Numbered from the stretch's first letter, positions 25,971 to 35,906 are shown. The stretch: DNA of 55,900 nucleotides from an uncultured bacterium (GCA_963977015.1 CAXBMO010000034.1:1-55900), one strand, 5' to 3'. Translations and numbers: made by a program. Notes: generated by a model not told the origin, from the sequence alone.

Positions 25971-28688
25971 TTATGGACAAAGACTCCGTGCCACATCCCT
26001 CATCTCGGGCGATTCCGCCGAAGTCTCGATCGCGAATCCAAGGTTCCGCATCAGGCGAAGCATGTGCGTATTGTCGGACAGAACGGAGCCCTCGATCCGC
26101 TTGATCCCCTTGCTCCGGGCCTCATCCATCAGCGTTTCCATGAGCAAGGTGCCCAACCCTCGCCCCTGCCACTTGTCGTCCACCACCACGCCAAACTCAC
26201 AGCTGTCCCCGTCCGGATTGATGACGTAGCGCGCGATGGCAATCTCGACTTCCTCGCCATTCTCTCTCACACTGGCGAGGAAGGCCATTTCTCGGTCGTA
26301 GTCGATTTGGGTAAAGCGAATCAGCATCTCCGGGCTCAGCTCCTGAACCGCCTGCATGAAACGGAAATATTTGGCCTCGGGCGAAAGTTGCCGCACGAAG
26401 CGCTGCTCCATTTTGGCGTCTTCGGGGCGGATGGGGCGCACCGTCACTTCTTCGCCGCCGGGAAGCGTCACGTTTTTGGCGAGGTGCCTGGGGTAGGGGG
26501 GGATCGCCATGTGACCGAAGAAATGCCCGGGACCGACGGAAGGAAAGGATGGGATCTTTCGGCTGAGGGCAACGCGGACATCCAGTGCACAGGCGCCGCT
26601 TTCATCGCAGCTTAGCGGGTTGATGTCGAGTTCCACAATTTGAGGCAACTCGCAGACCATCTCGGAGAGTCGCAGCAGGACGGACTCGAGAACCTTCCCA
26701 TCGACCGGCGGGAGGTTGCGAAATGGACCGAGGAGGCGCGCGACCCGGGTTCGGGCGATCATGCGGCGAATCAGCACGGAATTGAGCGGCGGCAGGCAGA
26801 CGGCGCGGTCGCCCAACACTTCCACGGCCGAACCGCCCCAGCCGAACGTGATTGCCGGGCCGAACACCGGATCGCGCACCACGCCGACGAGCAGCTCGCG
26901 GGTGTGGGCACGGGTCCATTGGCGTTCGATGGTGACGCCATGCAATTCTGCATTGGGCGCGTTTTTGCGAACCCGTTTCATCATCGCGGCGAAGGCTTTG
27001 GTTACGTCGGCGGCATGGCACAGATTCAACTCCACGCCACCCACATCGGACTTGTGGCTCAGGTTTGGTGAGTCGATTTTCATCACGACCGGGTAACCCA
27101 GTTCCTCGGCAACATTGGCGGCCTCTTTCGCGTTGGCTGCCGGGCGGATTTCGGCGACGGGAATGTGGAACGCGGCGAGCAGCGCCTTGCTTTCGATTGG
27201 ACTGAGTTGCGAGCGGCCTTCATTGAGGGCGGTCTCGATCAAATTCCGGGCCTCCTCGATGCGGGGCGATGGCTGATCGGAGACCAGCGACCCGGGCACC
27301 TCCAGCAGCAGTTCCTGAGTGCGATGATAGTGCCAGAGTTGGGCAAAGGCGGTCACGGAGGATTCCGGCATGTGAAAGGAAGGGATGCCCGCCTCATGAA
27401 AGAGCCGGTGCGAGCTGGCCACATGCCGCCGTCCCATCCAACAGGCAAGGAGCGGTTTGCGCGCCGGACCTCGGTGATGCTTCCAGGTTTTGATCACGAC
27501 CTTGGCGATTGCCTCTGGTTCGGTCATGGCCTGTGGAGTCAGCATGACAAGCACGCCGTCGATGCCGGGATCATCCAGGCAAGATTTCACCGCGACTTGG
27601 TAACGTTCCGGGCCCGCGTCTCCTAACACATCGACTGGGTTCGCATGCGACCAATGGGGCGGCAGTGCCTTGTCGAGCGCGGAAATCGTGGTGTCGCTCA
27701 ACTCCGGAATCACCAAATTCTGATCCGAGGCCACGTCCGCCGCGATCACGCCCGGCCCACCGCCATTCGTCACCATCGCAAGTCGTTTGCCCTTCACCTT
27801 GATTCCCTCTGAAAGGGTGCGCGCGGCGGAAAAGAGATCTTGAATCGTATTCACCCGAACGACGCCCGCCCGGTCCAGTGCGGCATTAAAAACGTCGTTC
27901 GCGCCGACGATCGCCCCGGTGTGCGAAACCGCCGCGCGCGAGGCCACCGGATTCCGGCCCGGCTTCATCACGACGACCGGCTTCATTCGTGCCGCGATCC
28001 GTAAGCTGCTGAGAAAACTCCGCGCGTCGCGAATGCCCTCGATGTAAAGCAGGATGCTGCGCGTTTTGGCATCCGTCGCGAGGAAGTCGAGCACCTCGCC
28101 AAAATCCAGATCCGAGGCCGCGCCCAGCGAAACCACGGTCGAAAATCCGACCTCGGAATCCTCCGCCCAATCCAGGATGGCGGTGCAAAGCGCGCCCGAC
28201 TGCGAGACGAGCGCCAGTTCGCCGGGAATTGCCTGTGATTTTGCGAACGTCGCGTTCAGTCCGATCGAAGGCCGCATCAGGCCGAGGCAATTCGGTCCGA
28301 GGAGGCGAATGCGATGATGACGCGCGACCTCAAGAATTCGTCGCTCCAACGCTTTGCCTGCTGCCCCGGCTTCGCCAAATCCGGCCGAAAGTACGATCGC
28401 GGCGCGCGTTCCCGCCTTGCCACATTGTTCCAGAATATCGGGAACGGTCTGCCCCGGTGTCGCGATCACCGCCAGGTCGACGGGCTTGTCGATCGTCTCG
28501 AGGTTTGGATAACAGGGCCGCTCCTGAACGTGTTCATGCCTCGGGTTTACCGGAAAGAGAACCCCTTCGAAACCCGCCGTGATCAGGTTGGCAAATACCC
28601 GGGTCCCCACCGAGTTCGGCCGCTCGCTCGCGCCGAACACGGCAACGCTCTGTGGCGTGAACAGGGAAGAGAGGTAATGAGTGATCAT
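25971..28688 (-). CDS. pat: Bifunctional acyl-CoA ligase-like / GNAT protein lysine acetyltransferase (Pat/PatZ type)
   Basis: SVAVFGAS, LLGPNCLG, SQSGA, SHTG, NPVD, ATP-grasp HKSDVGGV, C-terminal GNAT QGRGLG. Confidence 0.93.
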   Translation of the reverse strand: MITHYLSSLFTPQSVAVFGASERPNSVGTRVFANLITAGFEGVLFPVNPRHEHVQERPCYPNLETIDKPVDLAVIATPGQTVPDILEQCGKAGTRAAIVLSAGFGEAGAAGKALERRILEVARHHRIRLLGPNCLGLMRPSIGLNATFAKSQAIPGELALVSQSGALCTAILDWAEDSEVGFSTVVSLGAASDLDFGEVLDFLATDAKTRSILLYIEGIRDARSFLSSLRIAARMKPVVVMKPGRNPVASRAAVSHTGAIVGANDVFNAALDRAGVVRVNTIQDLFSAARTLSEGIKVKGKRLAMVTNGGGPGVIAADVASDQNLVIPELSDTTISALDKALPPHWSHANPVDVLGDAGPERYQVAVKSCLDDPGIDGVLVMLTPQAMTEPEAIAKVVIKTWKHHRGPARKPLLACWMGRRHVASSHRLFHEAGIPSFHMPESSVTAFAQLWHYHRTQELLLEVPGSLVSDQPSPRIEEARNLIETALNEGRSQLSPIESKALLAAFHIPVAEIRPAANAKEAANVAEELGYPVVMKIDSPNLSHKSDVGGVELNLCHAADVTKAFAAMMKRVRKNAPNAELHGVTIERQWTRAHTRELLVGVVRDPVFGPAITFGWGGSAVEVLGDRAVCLPPLNSVLIRRMIARTRVARLLGPFRNLPPVDGKVLESVLLRLSEMVCELPQIVELDINPLSCDESGACALDVRVALSRKIPSFPSVGPGHFFGHMAIPPYPRHLAKNVTLPGGEEVTVRPIRPEDAKMEQRFVRQLSPEAKYFRFMQAVQELSPEMLIRFTQIDYDREMAFLASVRENGEEVEIAIARYVINPDGDSCEFGVVVDDKWQGRGLGTLLMETLMDEARSKGIKRIEGSVLSDNTHMLRLMRNLGFAIETSAESPEMRDVARSLCP

Positions 28689-28956
28689 GAAAGGTGGGGG
28701 CGAGCAGGACAGGCGACGATCCGAAAAGCTTCCACGCTGGGCTTGCCGATTGAAAGGCAATTATTGTGTCGGTCTCCGCTTTTGGCGGCAAGGCTACGCC
28801 GAATCGATCCTCCCCAAAAATCACTCCAGCCGCGCCCGGAAAAGCCAGGAGGCTCTCCCAGGGTGACGAGCGCAATCACCGCGATAGGCCAGGCGTTGGC
28901 GGCGGCGGGAGGCAGTTCGTTTCGTCAAGGTCAGTCTGCTCCTTCCCTTCAAGGCG

Positions 28957-29529
28957 TCAGCACGAGTTGGTGCAACTGCCCTCGGCGCGTTGGGAGCAAT
29001 CAATCACGTTGCCCCGGCGGTCGCGTTCGATGCGGCAGGACTGGTCGAGTTCGGCTCGCAAGAGATCGCGGCCGCGCCGCACCCGGGACTTGGTCGCGGA
29101 CAGGGAAAGCTGGAGGCGATCGGCAATCTCCTGTTGCGCCAGCCCCTCCAATTCATAGAGGCGCAGAACCTCGCGGTAGGACGGCGGGAGCCGCTCAATG
29201 GCCTGGACCAGCCAATGCCCGACCGTGTTGTTCAGATTGTTCCCCGCCGGCGATTCAGCGGGCGGTTCGGCCTCACCGGTAGTCGTGATGGTGCGCGATC
29301 TCGCGCGGTAGTAATCGTGAACCACATTGCGCGCGATGCGAAAGACCCAGGATTCGAGGCGATCATTCTCCGCGAGACGATCGAGGTTTCGATGGATCCG
29401 AACGAACGTGTCCTGGAGCAGGTCGTCCGCGGTCGAATCATCCGGCAACTTGGACCGTAGGAAACCTCGCAATCGCTCGCTGAGAAGTTTCCAGACTTCT
29501 TCGGTGCTGTGAGGAGAGTCTGTGTTCAT
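28957..29529 (-). CDS. sigZ: ECF sigma factor, SigZ-like
   Basis: ADDLLQDTF, WVFRIARN, KSRVRRGR, Cys-rich C-terminus C...DRRG...C. Confidence 0.85.
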   Translation of the reverse strand: MNTDSPHSTEEVWKLLSERLRGFLRSKLPDDSTADDLLQDTFVRIHRNLDRLAENDRLESWVFRIARNVVHDYYRARSRTITTTGEAEPPAESPAGNNLNNTVGHWLVQAIERLPPSYREVLRLYELEGLAQQEIADRLQLSLSATKSRVRRGRDLLRAELDQSCRIERDRRGNVIDCSQRAEGSCTNSC

Positions 29530-29541
29530 GGCTGGATCAAC

Positions 29542-30033
29542 CTAACAGCAGGCGACCACGGAAGCATCCTCGCGTTGCGCGGCGCAGCACGAATTTTCAG
29601 GATCGACGCGTTGCTCGGCGTCTTTCAGGACCTGAAAGATCTCCCACTCATCGCCATTCGGCGCAGTGACCCAGATCTTGTCCTGAACCGCGTAACAGCA
29701 GGTTTGTCCTTCTTGACGCCGCGGGCTCAATCCGGCGGCGGCGAGGCGCTGTTCGGCGGCCTCCAACTCTGCGGTGGATTGCACTTCAATGCCGAAATGA
29801 TTGCTTCCCGCAGGCTGCTTTGCGCGGTCATCCCGATCTTGCTGGCTTAAGGAGAGGTTCACCGACGGATCGGCCGGCGTGAACTTGGCGTAGCCGGGTT
29901 TCTGCTTCGCGGGAGCCTCGTCAAACAAGGCACTGAAGAACGCCACGGAGGCATCGAGATCCTGCACGCCGAGGCCGATGTGGATGCGGCGGTTCGTCGT
30001 GAAGTTTCGGTTGGTTTGGTTTTGGTTTTTCAT
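29542..30033 (-). CDS. ArsI/CadI-family VOC (glyoxalase-like) metalloenzyme
   Basis: RIHIGL, YAKF, NHFGIEV, TCCYAVQDKIWV..P.G..WE, C-terminal CC pairs. Confidence 0.9.
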   Translation of the reverse strand: MKNQNQTNRNFTTNRRIHIGLGVQDLDASVAFFSALFDEAPAKQKPGYAKFTPADPSVNLSLSQQDRDDRAKQPAGSNHFGIEVQSTAELEAAEQRLAAAGLSPRRQEGQTCCYAVQDKIWVTAPNGDEWEIFQVLKDAEQRVDPENSCCAAQREDASVVACC

Positions 30034-30075
30034 CTTCAAGGGTGAGTTAAGGTTGGTTTTTTGCTTTCACCTCTG

Positions 30076-30103
30076 AAGACGGCGGGGTGTGAAAAAGGAC
30101 GCA
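30076..30103 (-). promoter_or_regulatory. Candidate ECF (SigZ) promoter
   Basis: Minus strand TGCGTCCTTTTT-N10-CGTCTT, about 40 bp upstream of arsI-sigZ; CGTC is a common ECF -10 element. Confidence 0.4.
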
Positions 30104-30144
30104 TCTTTCTCTGCGTTTGATGTTTTCGCTTCTCCAGTCGCTCC

Positions 30145-30693
30145 TCATCTCTTTCCAGGTCCAAACTCGGACCCGAGACGCTCGAAATCTTCGATCTCCT
30201 TCGCCGGGATGATGCCCGAGTGATGCACGTGGTTTCGGTCGAGAAACTCGCGAACGTTCCAGTAATCCTTGGCGAATCGGTGCAGGAGCCGTTTGCGCAG
30301 GGAAGTACAGGTCTTCATTGCCGCGGATACCTTTTCAAAGAACCACAGAATCTTGAGCAGCTCTGTGGTTCTGTTGGCGATTCCCTCTTGTTCGATGAGA
30401 ATCAGACACCGCTCCACGTCGAGATTCCACTCATCCAGAAGCGATTGAACATAGCGCGTCTCATGCATGGATTTCGTGTCGGTCTGGGCATTGGAGACCG
30501 TTCGGAGACTGAGCCCGGCGTAGACGACCCCGATCGCTGTGATGGAGGCAATGAAGACGTCGATCGAGGTCTGGAGGCGGTCGGCCGGTTCCAACCCAAG
30601 TTCCGGCGAGAGAACAAAATAGTTGGCCAGCGTGATCGCCAGGGTGAGAAGTAGGCCCGCGCTGAGCACGAAAGCAGCCAATCGGTTTAGCAT
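30145..30693 (-). CDS. Membrane protein, DUF4760-like
   Basis: Two N-terminal TM helices followed by ILWFFEKVS...FERL pattern. Confidence 0.5.
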   Translation of the reverse strand: MLNRLAAFVLSAGLLLTLAITLANYFVLSPELGLEPADRLQTSIDVFIASITAIGVVYAGLSLRTVSNAQTDTKSMHETRYVQSLLDEWNLDVERCLILIEQEGIANRTTELLKILWFFEKVSAAMKTCTSLRKRLLHRFAKDYWNVREFLDRNHVHHSGIIPAKEIEDFERLGSEFGPGKR

Positions 30694-30711
30694 CGGTTCA
30701 GTATTGTTGAG

Positions 30712-31323
30712 TTAGTGACGGTGGTTGCCGACGAGGTTGTTGTGGTCGTCCAGGATTTCTTCCGGGAAGAACCGGGAAGGGTTCTCTCGGATTTCTTCTT
30801 CGGTATAGCGCGGGGTAATGTGTTGCGGACAATTCCAGTCGTAGGCTTGCACCGTCAGGGTGATCAGCCGCTCGATCTTGGCATCGTAGCCCGGATCTGC
30901 CAGTTTCGTGGTCAAATCCGGATTTTCCGCGGGATCCTGCACCGTTGCCGTCGCCCAGATTTTCAGACGCACCCGGTGCGCGAAATCCAAAAGAATCAGC
31001 GCGACGTTGTGCCCGCTATTGATATTTCCAACGCTGATATATTGCCGGTTTCCACGAAAGTCCGCGAAGCCAAGGGTACGCTCATCAAGGATCTTGAGAA
31101 ACCCCTTTGGCCCGCCGCGAAACTGCACATAAGGCCAGCCGTTTTCCCCGGCTGTCGCCATGAAGAAGAAGTCGAGAGTGGGGATGTAAGAGGTCTCCCG
31201 ATCGGTCAGGATGAACCGGTCTGGGTCCTGTTCCATCCGTTCGTAACTCTTTCGGGAGCCGTAGTGTTCCTGCGCCTCCTTGACGCTGGAGGTGAAGGCG
31301 AATTGGGTGAAATTTTGAGGCAT
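30712..31323 (-). CDS. Pyridoxamine 5'-phosphate oxidase-like FMN-binding protein
   Basis: GWPYVQFRGGPKGF, FADFRGNRQYIS.GN, DWNCPQHITPRY. Confidence 0.92.
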   Translation of the reverse strand: MPQNFTQFAFTSSVKEAQEHYGSRKSYERMEQDPDRFILTDRETSYIPTLDFFFMATAGENGWPYVQFRGGPKGFLKILDERTLGFADFRGNRQYISVGNINSGHNVALILLDFAHRVRLKIWATATVQDPAENPDLTTKLADPGYDAKIERLITLTVQAYDWNCPQHITPRYTEEEIRENPSRFFPEEILDDHNNLVGNHRH

Positions 31324-31346
31324 GAGTCTGTTTTTGTTTGTGGTTA

Positions 31347-31889
31347 TTAGAGCGCGGCGAGAGGCCCGCCGGAGAATTCCTGATCGGACTCCGCAAACTC
31401 GAGATTCTTCTCAAGGGACGCCTTGAGGGTGATCTCGATGTTCAGTCTTTTGATGAGGGGAGCGGTTCGAATGGCCTGTTGCGCGAGGCTTTCGAATCGG
31501 CCCGGATCCAGTCCCGGAACTCGTGCCCGCACGGAGAGGTGAATCGCATGCCGCTCATGAGCCAGATCATCGCTCATCAGGCTGGCGGAGGTTTCGATCG
31601 ATTCTGCTACCATCCCGGCATTGTCGAGCAGGTTGCAGAGGGACGTGGTATAGCCCCCGGCGATCGCAGCCCCAAGGAGTTCCTCTGGACAGGTGGCCGC
31701 GTTTGCTTTGCTCTGGGAACGCGGACCATACGGGGCGGAGTCGAGCGCTCCGCTTTCGGTGGTCAAATCGCCCCGTCCCGCCTCGCAGGTTCCCATCCAG
31801 AAGGCGGTGGCAACTGCAGCTGGACCACGCATCGGAGAATCGTCCGGACTGGTGTCGTGGGAGAGTGTTGGTGACGGCATTGCGTTCAT
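31347..31889 (-). CDS. OsmC-family protein lacking both canonical cysteines
   Basis: W.G....G.G.LTTESGAL, PEELLGAA; AAIAGGY instead of AAHAACF and RTAPL instead of GCPV; start uncertain (31889/31880/31832). Confidence 0.8.
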   Translation of the reverse strand: MNAMPSPTLSHDTSPDDSPMRGPAAVATAFWMGTCEAGRGDLTTESGALDSAPYGPRSQSKANAATCPEELLGAAIAGGYTTSLCNLLDNAGMVAESIETSASLMSDDLAHERHAIHLSVRARVPGLDPGRFESLAQQAIRTAPLIKRLNIEITLKASLEKNLEFAESDQEFSGGPLAAL

Positions 31890-31935
31890 GTTGAATGTTA
31901 GGGAGAAGTCCAAATTCCAGGTAAGACCTTCCGGT

Positions 31936-32160
31936 TTAATCTCGAATGGTCCGCCCCTCCTTCGGGGCCGTTTCGCGGTCTTGGGCTCGTTCCGGTTCGG
32001 GGAGAGGAAGCAGCAGCAGGTCGGCCTGGGGCGGCTGGCTCATAGGCAAGCCTGTCACGCCGGAGAGCCCGATTAGAGCAACGCCAGCGGCGGCTCCGAA
32101 GAGCGCTCGGATGAAGAGGTCGGGGTGGGCATGGAGGTTAGGTTGCAGGATGTTGGTCAT
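31936..32160 (-). CDS. Small membrane-anchored hypothetical protein (74 aa)
   Basis: ATG ORF with one hydrophobic segment, first gene after a TetR operator. Confidence 0.45.
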   Translation of the reverse strand: MTNILQPNLHAHPDLFIRALFGAAAGVALIGLSGVTGLPMSQPPQADLLLLPLPEPERAQDRETAPKEGRTIRD

Positions 32161-32220
32161 GGTAGGTTTGGGGTGTTGGTTGGTCTGTTTCAGAAAATGG
32201 GGATACTTGGGATAATGAAG

Positions 32221-32236
32221 CGACCGGTCGGTCGGT
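32221..32236. promoter_or_regulatory. TetR operator, second copy
   Basis: CGACCGGTCGGTCGGT, same core as 32893..32906. Confidence 0.65.
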
Positions 32237-32265
32237 GGGTCTACAAAAAAATGCCTTCCTCTTCT

Positions 32266-32874
32266 TCATGATGCAGATTCCTGTTCGATGAGTTTCTTCG
32301 CTTGTACCCGGGCCACCTCGACCGGCCAGGTATCGTGAAAATTCTGGGTTTCCACGAGGGCCCCTTCGAAAAGAAGGAACAACACCGAGCCCAACTGGCG
32401 GGCGCTCGCTTCCGGCTCTTGATCGGCAAAATGCTCCAGGGCCAGTTTCTGAAACCGCTCGTGAAGCTGATTTTTGTGGGCAGTCACTTCTTCCCGCATC
32501 GGGCTATCGAAGTCGGGCGTCTCGGCCATCGTGTTGAGAAAGGCGCAACCGCGGTAATTACAGTCGGCAAGCCAGGATTCGAGAAAGTCGAACGTGGCGA
32601 GAAGCTTCTTTCCGGCAGATTTCCGGTTTCGAATCGCCTCCTCAAACCAGCCGTTCCAAGTGGCGTGCCGGGCGCGAAGCCAAGCCACCCCCAGTTGTTC
32701 CTTCGACTGAAAGTGCGAGTAAAACGTGCCTTTGGCGATCCCGGCTTCATCGATAATCTGCTTGATTCCGGTCGCGCCAAAACCCTGCTCATAAAAGAGG
32801 CGGGAAGCGATTTGGAGAATCTCATCGCGCTTGGGAATGGGGGTGGGATTGGAATTGGCCGACGCTGCAGGCAT
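32266..32874 (-). CDS. TetR/AcrR-family regulator (NemR/YxaF-like)
   Basis: ASRLFYEQGF..TGI..I...AGIAKGTFYSHF.SKE; RGCAF. Confidence 0.95.
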   Translation of the reverse strand: MPAASANSNPTPIPKRDEILQIASRLFYEQGFGATGIKQIIDEAGIAKGTFYSHFQSKEQLGVAWLRARHATWNGWFEEAIRNRKSAGKKLLATFDFLESWLADCNYRGCAFLNTMAETPDFDSPMREEVTAHKNQLHERFQKLALEHFADQEPEASARQLGSVLFLLFEGALVETQNFHDTWPVEVARVQAKKLIEQESAS

Positions 32875-32892
32875 AAAACCCGTTTAGCATAT

Positions 32893-32906
32893 ACCGACCG
32901 GTCGGT
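32893..32906. promoter_or_regulatory. TetR auto-operator
   Basis: Perfect palindrome ACCGACCGGTCGGT about 18 bp upstream of the tetR start. Confidence 0.75.
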
Positions 32907-33826
32907 CAAGATCTTTTTGGGTCTGTCTCAACGTTCTCGGGGCTTTTCCCAGAAGTGTCTAGCCACGGATAGGGGGTCGGATTCAATTCCGTGACCTCTT
33001 CCTTCAGCATGGTTGCCGGAGATGGTGATGAGGCGAATCCGAGGTTCTGCGCCAGGACAAAAAGCCCGACCAACCACATGCCCACGGCAAACACGCGTCG
33101 GAGCATGGAGGCGGAAAGCCGGCTCCGCAGAAGACCTCCGCCGATCATTCCGATGAGCCCGCCAATGATAAAAAGGGACGAGAGCTTTACCGGCATCGAA
33201 TCCCCCCGGATCAAATACGAGGCGACGCCGGATACGCAGATCAGCGCGATCACGAGAAGTGAAGAGGAGACGGCGCGATGGATGTTCATCCCACTGACCA
33301 TGATCAGCGCGGGTACGATGATAAAACCGCCGCCGACTCCGAAGATTCCGGACAAGACTCCAACCAGAAGACCCGATAGCATCAGCAGGACGAAACATCG
33401 GCTGGTCCAATGGAGTTGATCGTTTTCGTCGCGGGGACAAGTGGGCTCCGTTTGGATTCTGGGCGCTCGAATGCGCCACATCCGATAGCCGACGAAGAGC
33501 ATGAGCAGCGCAAAGACGGAGAGCGTCAGGGCGTCGGGAAGCCTGGCGCCAATCCAGGTTCCGAACGGCGCCCCGGCCATCCCGGCGAGCGCGAAAACGA
33601 AGGCTGTTTTGACCTCCAGATGACCGGGGCGCAGGTGCATGAGGGCTCCGAACAACGCGGTTGCGCCGACCGCGGCGAGGGATATGCCAACGGCTTCGCG
33701 GACGTTGGTGTGGAGGCCGTAGATCAGGAGCGGCACGGCGAAAATCGATCCACCGCCACCCGTGAGGCCCAGCGAAATCCCAATGATCGTCCCGTAGACG
33801 ATCGTGAGTGTGTCGAAGCCCGTCAT
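32906..33826 (-). CDS. tauE: Sulfite exporter TauE/SafE family
   Basis: GLTGGGGSIFAVP and GIFGVGGGFIIVP repeats; multiple TM helices. Confidence 0.92.
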   Translation of the reverse strand: MTGFDTLTIVYGTIIGISLGLTGGGGSIFAVPLLIYGLHTNVREAVGISLAAVGATALFGALMHLRPGHLEVKTAFVFALAGMAGAPFGTWIGARLPDALTLSVFALLMLFVGYRMWRIRAPRIQTEPTCPRDENDQLHWTSRCFVLLMLSGLLVGVLSGIFGVGGGFIIVPALIMVSGMNIHRAVSSSLLVIALICVSGVASYLIRGDSMPVKLSSLFIIGGLIGMIGGGLLRSRLSASMLRRVFAVGMWLVGLFVLAQNLGFASSPSPATMLKEEVTELNPTPYPWLDTSGKSPENVETDPKRS

Positions 33827-33828
33827 GG

Positions 33829-35286
33829 TCAGGTTGCTGCGGCGGGTTGCTCTTCCGCGACGGAGTGCAACCGCTTCCAATCAGCGTAATCGCCATCGGC
33901 GAAGATCAGATCCGCTCCGATTCGTTCCAGGTAGGAGGACGCGTAGGCGGCGCGTTTGCCGCTTTCGCAATGGACAATCAATTTCGCCTCGGGCAGTTGG
34001 TCCCGGTTGGCCGCCAACCGCGTGTAGGCGATGTTGACCGAACCGGGAACGGAATGCTCGGCAAACTCGGATGCTCGTCGCACGTCCAGCACGACTGCCT
34101 CGGGATACCGTTGCTGCACCGCGTTGATCTCGCTGGTGCGAATCGCCTGGGTGGAGGTGAGATAAGGCCGGCACTCGGCAGAGTCGCGCACCGTGTCGAT
34201 CCGTGCGTAGCCTTGGATTCGGTCCAGTCCGATCCGGATCAATTCGCGGACCGCGGGTTCGACGTGATCCTCTTCCGTCACCAATAGATAGATATCCTGT
34301 TCCGGATTGACGAAGGAGCCGGCGACGGTGGAAAGCTTGTCGCCCATTGGGGTGAAGAGGGACCCTTTGAGGTGATCCTCCATAAAGGCGACCTGATCCG
34401 TTCTTGTATCCAGAAATACCGCACGGTTCTGCTCTGCGAGTTCCGCCACTTCCTTCGGGTCGAGCTTCCGGGGTTTGGGAATTTCACTCAATACCGCCGG
34501 GCCGAGCTTGTTGACCTTTTTCATATTGGCGAAATACATCGGAGGCTCGGGCTGACCGGAGAGGATCTCTTTGACAAAAACGTCCTCGTCCTGATTCAGC
34601 GCAGTGCGAAGCGGGGCGTTGAACCGCTTTTCATATCCCACGGTCGATACCGGCACGGCGCCCAGCGCTTTGCCGCAGGCGCTTCCGGCGCCGTGAGCGG
34701 GCAAGACCTGGAGATATTCCGGCAAGGCGCCAAACTTCTTCAATGAATGATATAACGTGCGTGCGGAAGGCTCCATCGCGCCCTGCTCACCGGCGGCGGA
34801 CTCGAGCAGATCCGGGCGGCCGACATCGCCGACGAACACGAAATCTCCCGAAACGAGACCCATCGGCTCTTTCGCGCCCCCGCCCTGGTCTTCAATTAAG
34901 AAGCAGATATGCTCCGGCGTATGGCCCGGGGTATGAACCACGGTGATTTCGATATTTCCCACGTTGAACGTATCGCCATCGCGCACGAATCGAACATCGC
35001 CGCGTCCCTTGGCCCATTCGTATTTCCAATCCTCCGGCCCCATGTCGGAAAGGTAGGCAGTGATTCCGGACTGCGATTCGAGCAGTTCGCGTGAACCGCT
35101 CACGAAATCGGCGTGAATGTGGGTTTCGGCGACCGCGGTGATCTTGAGATCTTCTTTTGCGGCAATTTCTAGATAGCGATCAACATCGCGTTCCGGGTCG
35201 ATAATGAGGGCTTCCCCGGTGCGTTGACAGCCGATGAGGTAGGCGTATTGCGCCAGCGCGGGATCGAAGATTTGTTTGAGGTACAT
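33829..35286 (-). CDS. Persulfide dioxygenase (MBL fold)-rhodanese fusion, CstB-like
   Basis: ETHIHADF, TPGHT, GDVGRPDL, PAHGAGSACG, C-terminal rhodanese HCESGKR. Confidence 0.92.
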   Translation of the reverse strand: MYLKQIFDPALAQYAYLIGCQRTGEALIIDPERDVDRYLEIAAKEDLKITAVAETHIHADFVSGSRELLESQSGITAYLSDMGPEDWKYEWAKGRGDVRFVRDGDTFNVGNIEITVVHTPGHTPEHICFLIEDQGGGAKEPMGLVSGDFVFVGDVGRPDLLESAAGEQGAMEPSARTLYHSLKKFGALPEYLQVLPAHGAGSACGKALGAVPVSTVGYEKRFNAPLRTALNQDEDVFVKEILSGQPEPPMYFANMKKVNKLGPAVLSEIPKPRKLDPKEVAELAEQNRAVFLDTRTDQVAFMEDHLKGSLFTPMGDKLSTVAGSFVNPEQDIYLLVTEEDHVEPAVRELIRIGLDRIQGYARIDTVRDSAECRPYLTSTQAIRTSEINAVQQRYPEAVVLDVRRASEFAEHSVPGSVNIAYTRLAANRDQLPEAKLIVHCESGKRAAYASSYLERIGADLIFADGDYADWKRLHSVAEEQPAAAT

Positions 35287-35314
35287 CGTTTGTTGGTGGT
35301 TTGATAGGTTGAAT

Positions 35315-35842
35315 TCAATTTCGGCCGCGGCGGTTCCAGGGCAGTTTGGCGATCAGCATGCCCATGGCGCAGGTGTCGGTGATTCCAGCGAACATGAGTC
35401 CCGCGCCGATGAAGCCGGACAAGCCGTGCCAGTAGGGATGAATCGTGAATCCCAGCACGGCGCCCAGCAGCGCCAGAAAACCCGCCGCGATCCGCACCTG
35501 GCGTTCCAGCGGCATCGTTTTGCGGCCCCGGTTCACCGGCAGGCCCGCTTCCAGCCACGAATGCATTCCGCCGTCCAGCAGCGCGGTATTGTGGATTCCG
35601 GCCGAGGCCAGCTTCTTGATCGCGTTCTTCGCCCGGTTGCCCGAACGGCAAATCACGTAGATGGTGCCGCCCTCGGCGTGTTCACTCACCTGCTCGGCCT
35701 TGAGCGAGTCGAGTGGATGAAGCTTGGCGCCGGCGATGTGGACTTCCTCGAATTCGGCCGGAGTACGGACGTCGAGGAGTGTGTGATCATCAGTCTGAGC
35801 TTGCTGACTGAGTTGATGGGCAGAGATGGATTGAATGGTCAT
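35315..35842 (-). CDS. ygaP: Rhodanese-DUF2892 membrane sulfurtransferase (YgaP-like)
   Basis: LDVRTPAEF, ICRSGNRA, LERQVRIAAG, GLMFAGITDTC. Confidence 0.9.
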   Translation of the reverse strand: MTIQSISAHQLSQQAQTDDHTLLDVRTPAEFEEVHIAGAKLHPLDSLKAEQVSEHAEGGTIYVICRSGNRAKNAIKKLASAGIHNTALLDGGMHSWLEAGLPVNRGRKTMPLERQVRIAAGFLALLGAVLGFTIHPYWHGLSGFIGAGLMFAGITDTCAMGMLIAKLPWNRRGRN

Positions 35843-35888
35843 GGGGAAGGGGAGATAGGGGGTGTGAATGGATCTTGAAGTTTGACTT

Positions 35889-35906
35889 TATAACTAAATG
35901 GTTATA
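35889..35906. promoter_or_regulatory. ArsR operator
   Basis: TATAAC-N6-GTTATA; a related copy (TAATTAAATAGTTAT) overlaps the arsR start at about 35944..35958. Confidence 0.65.
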
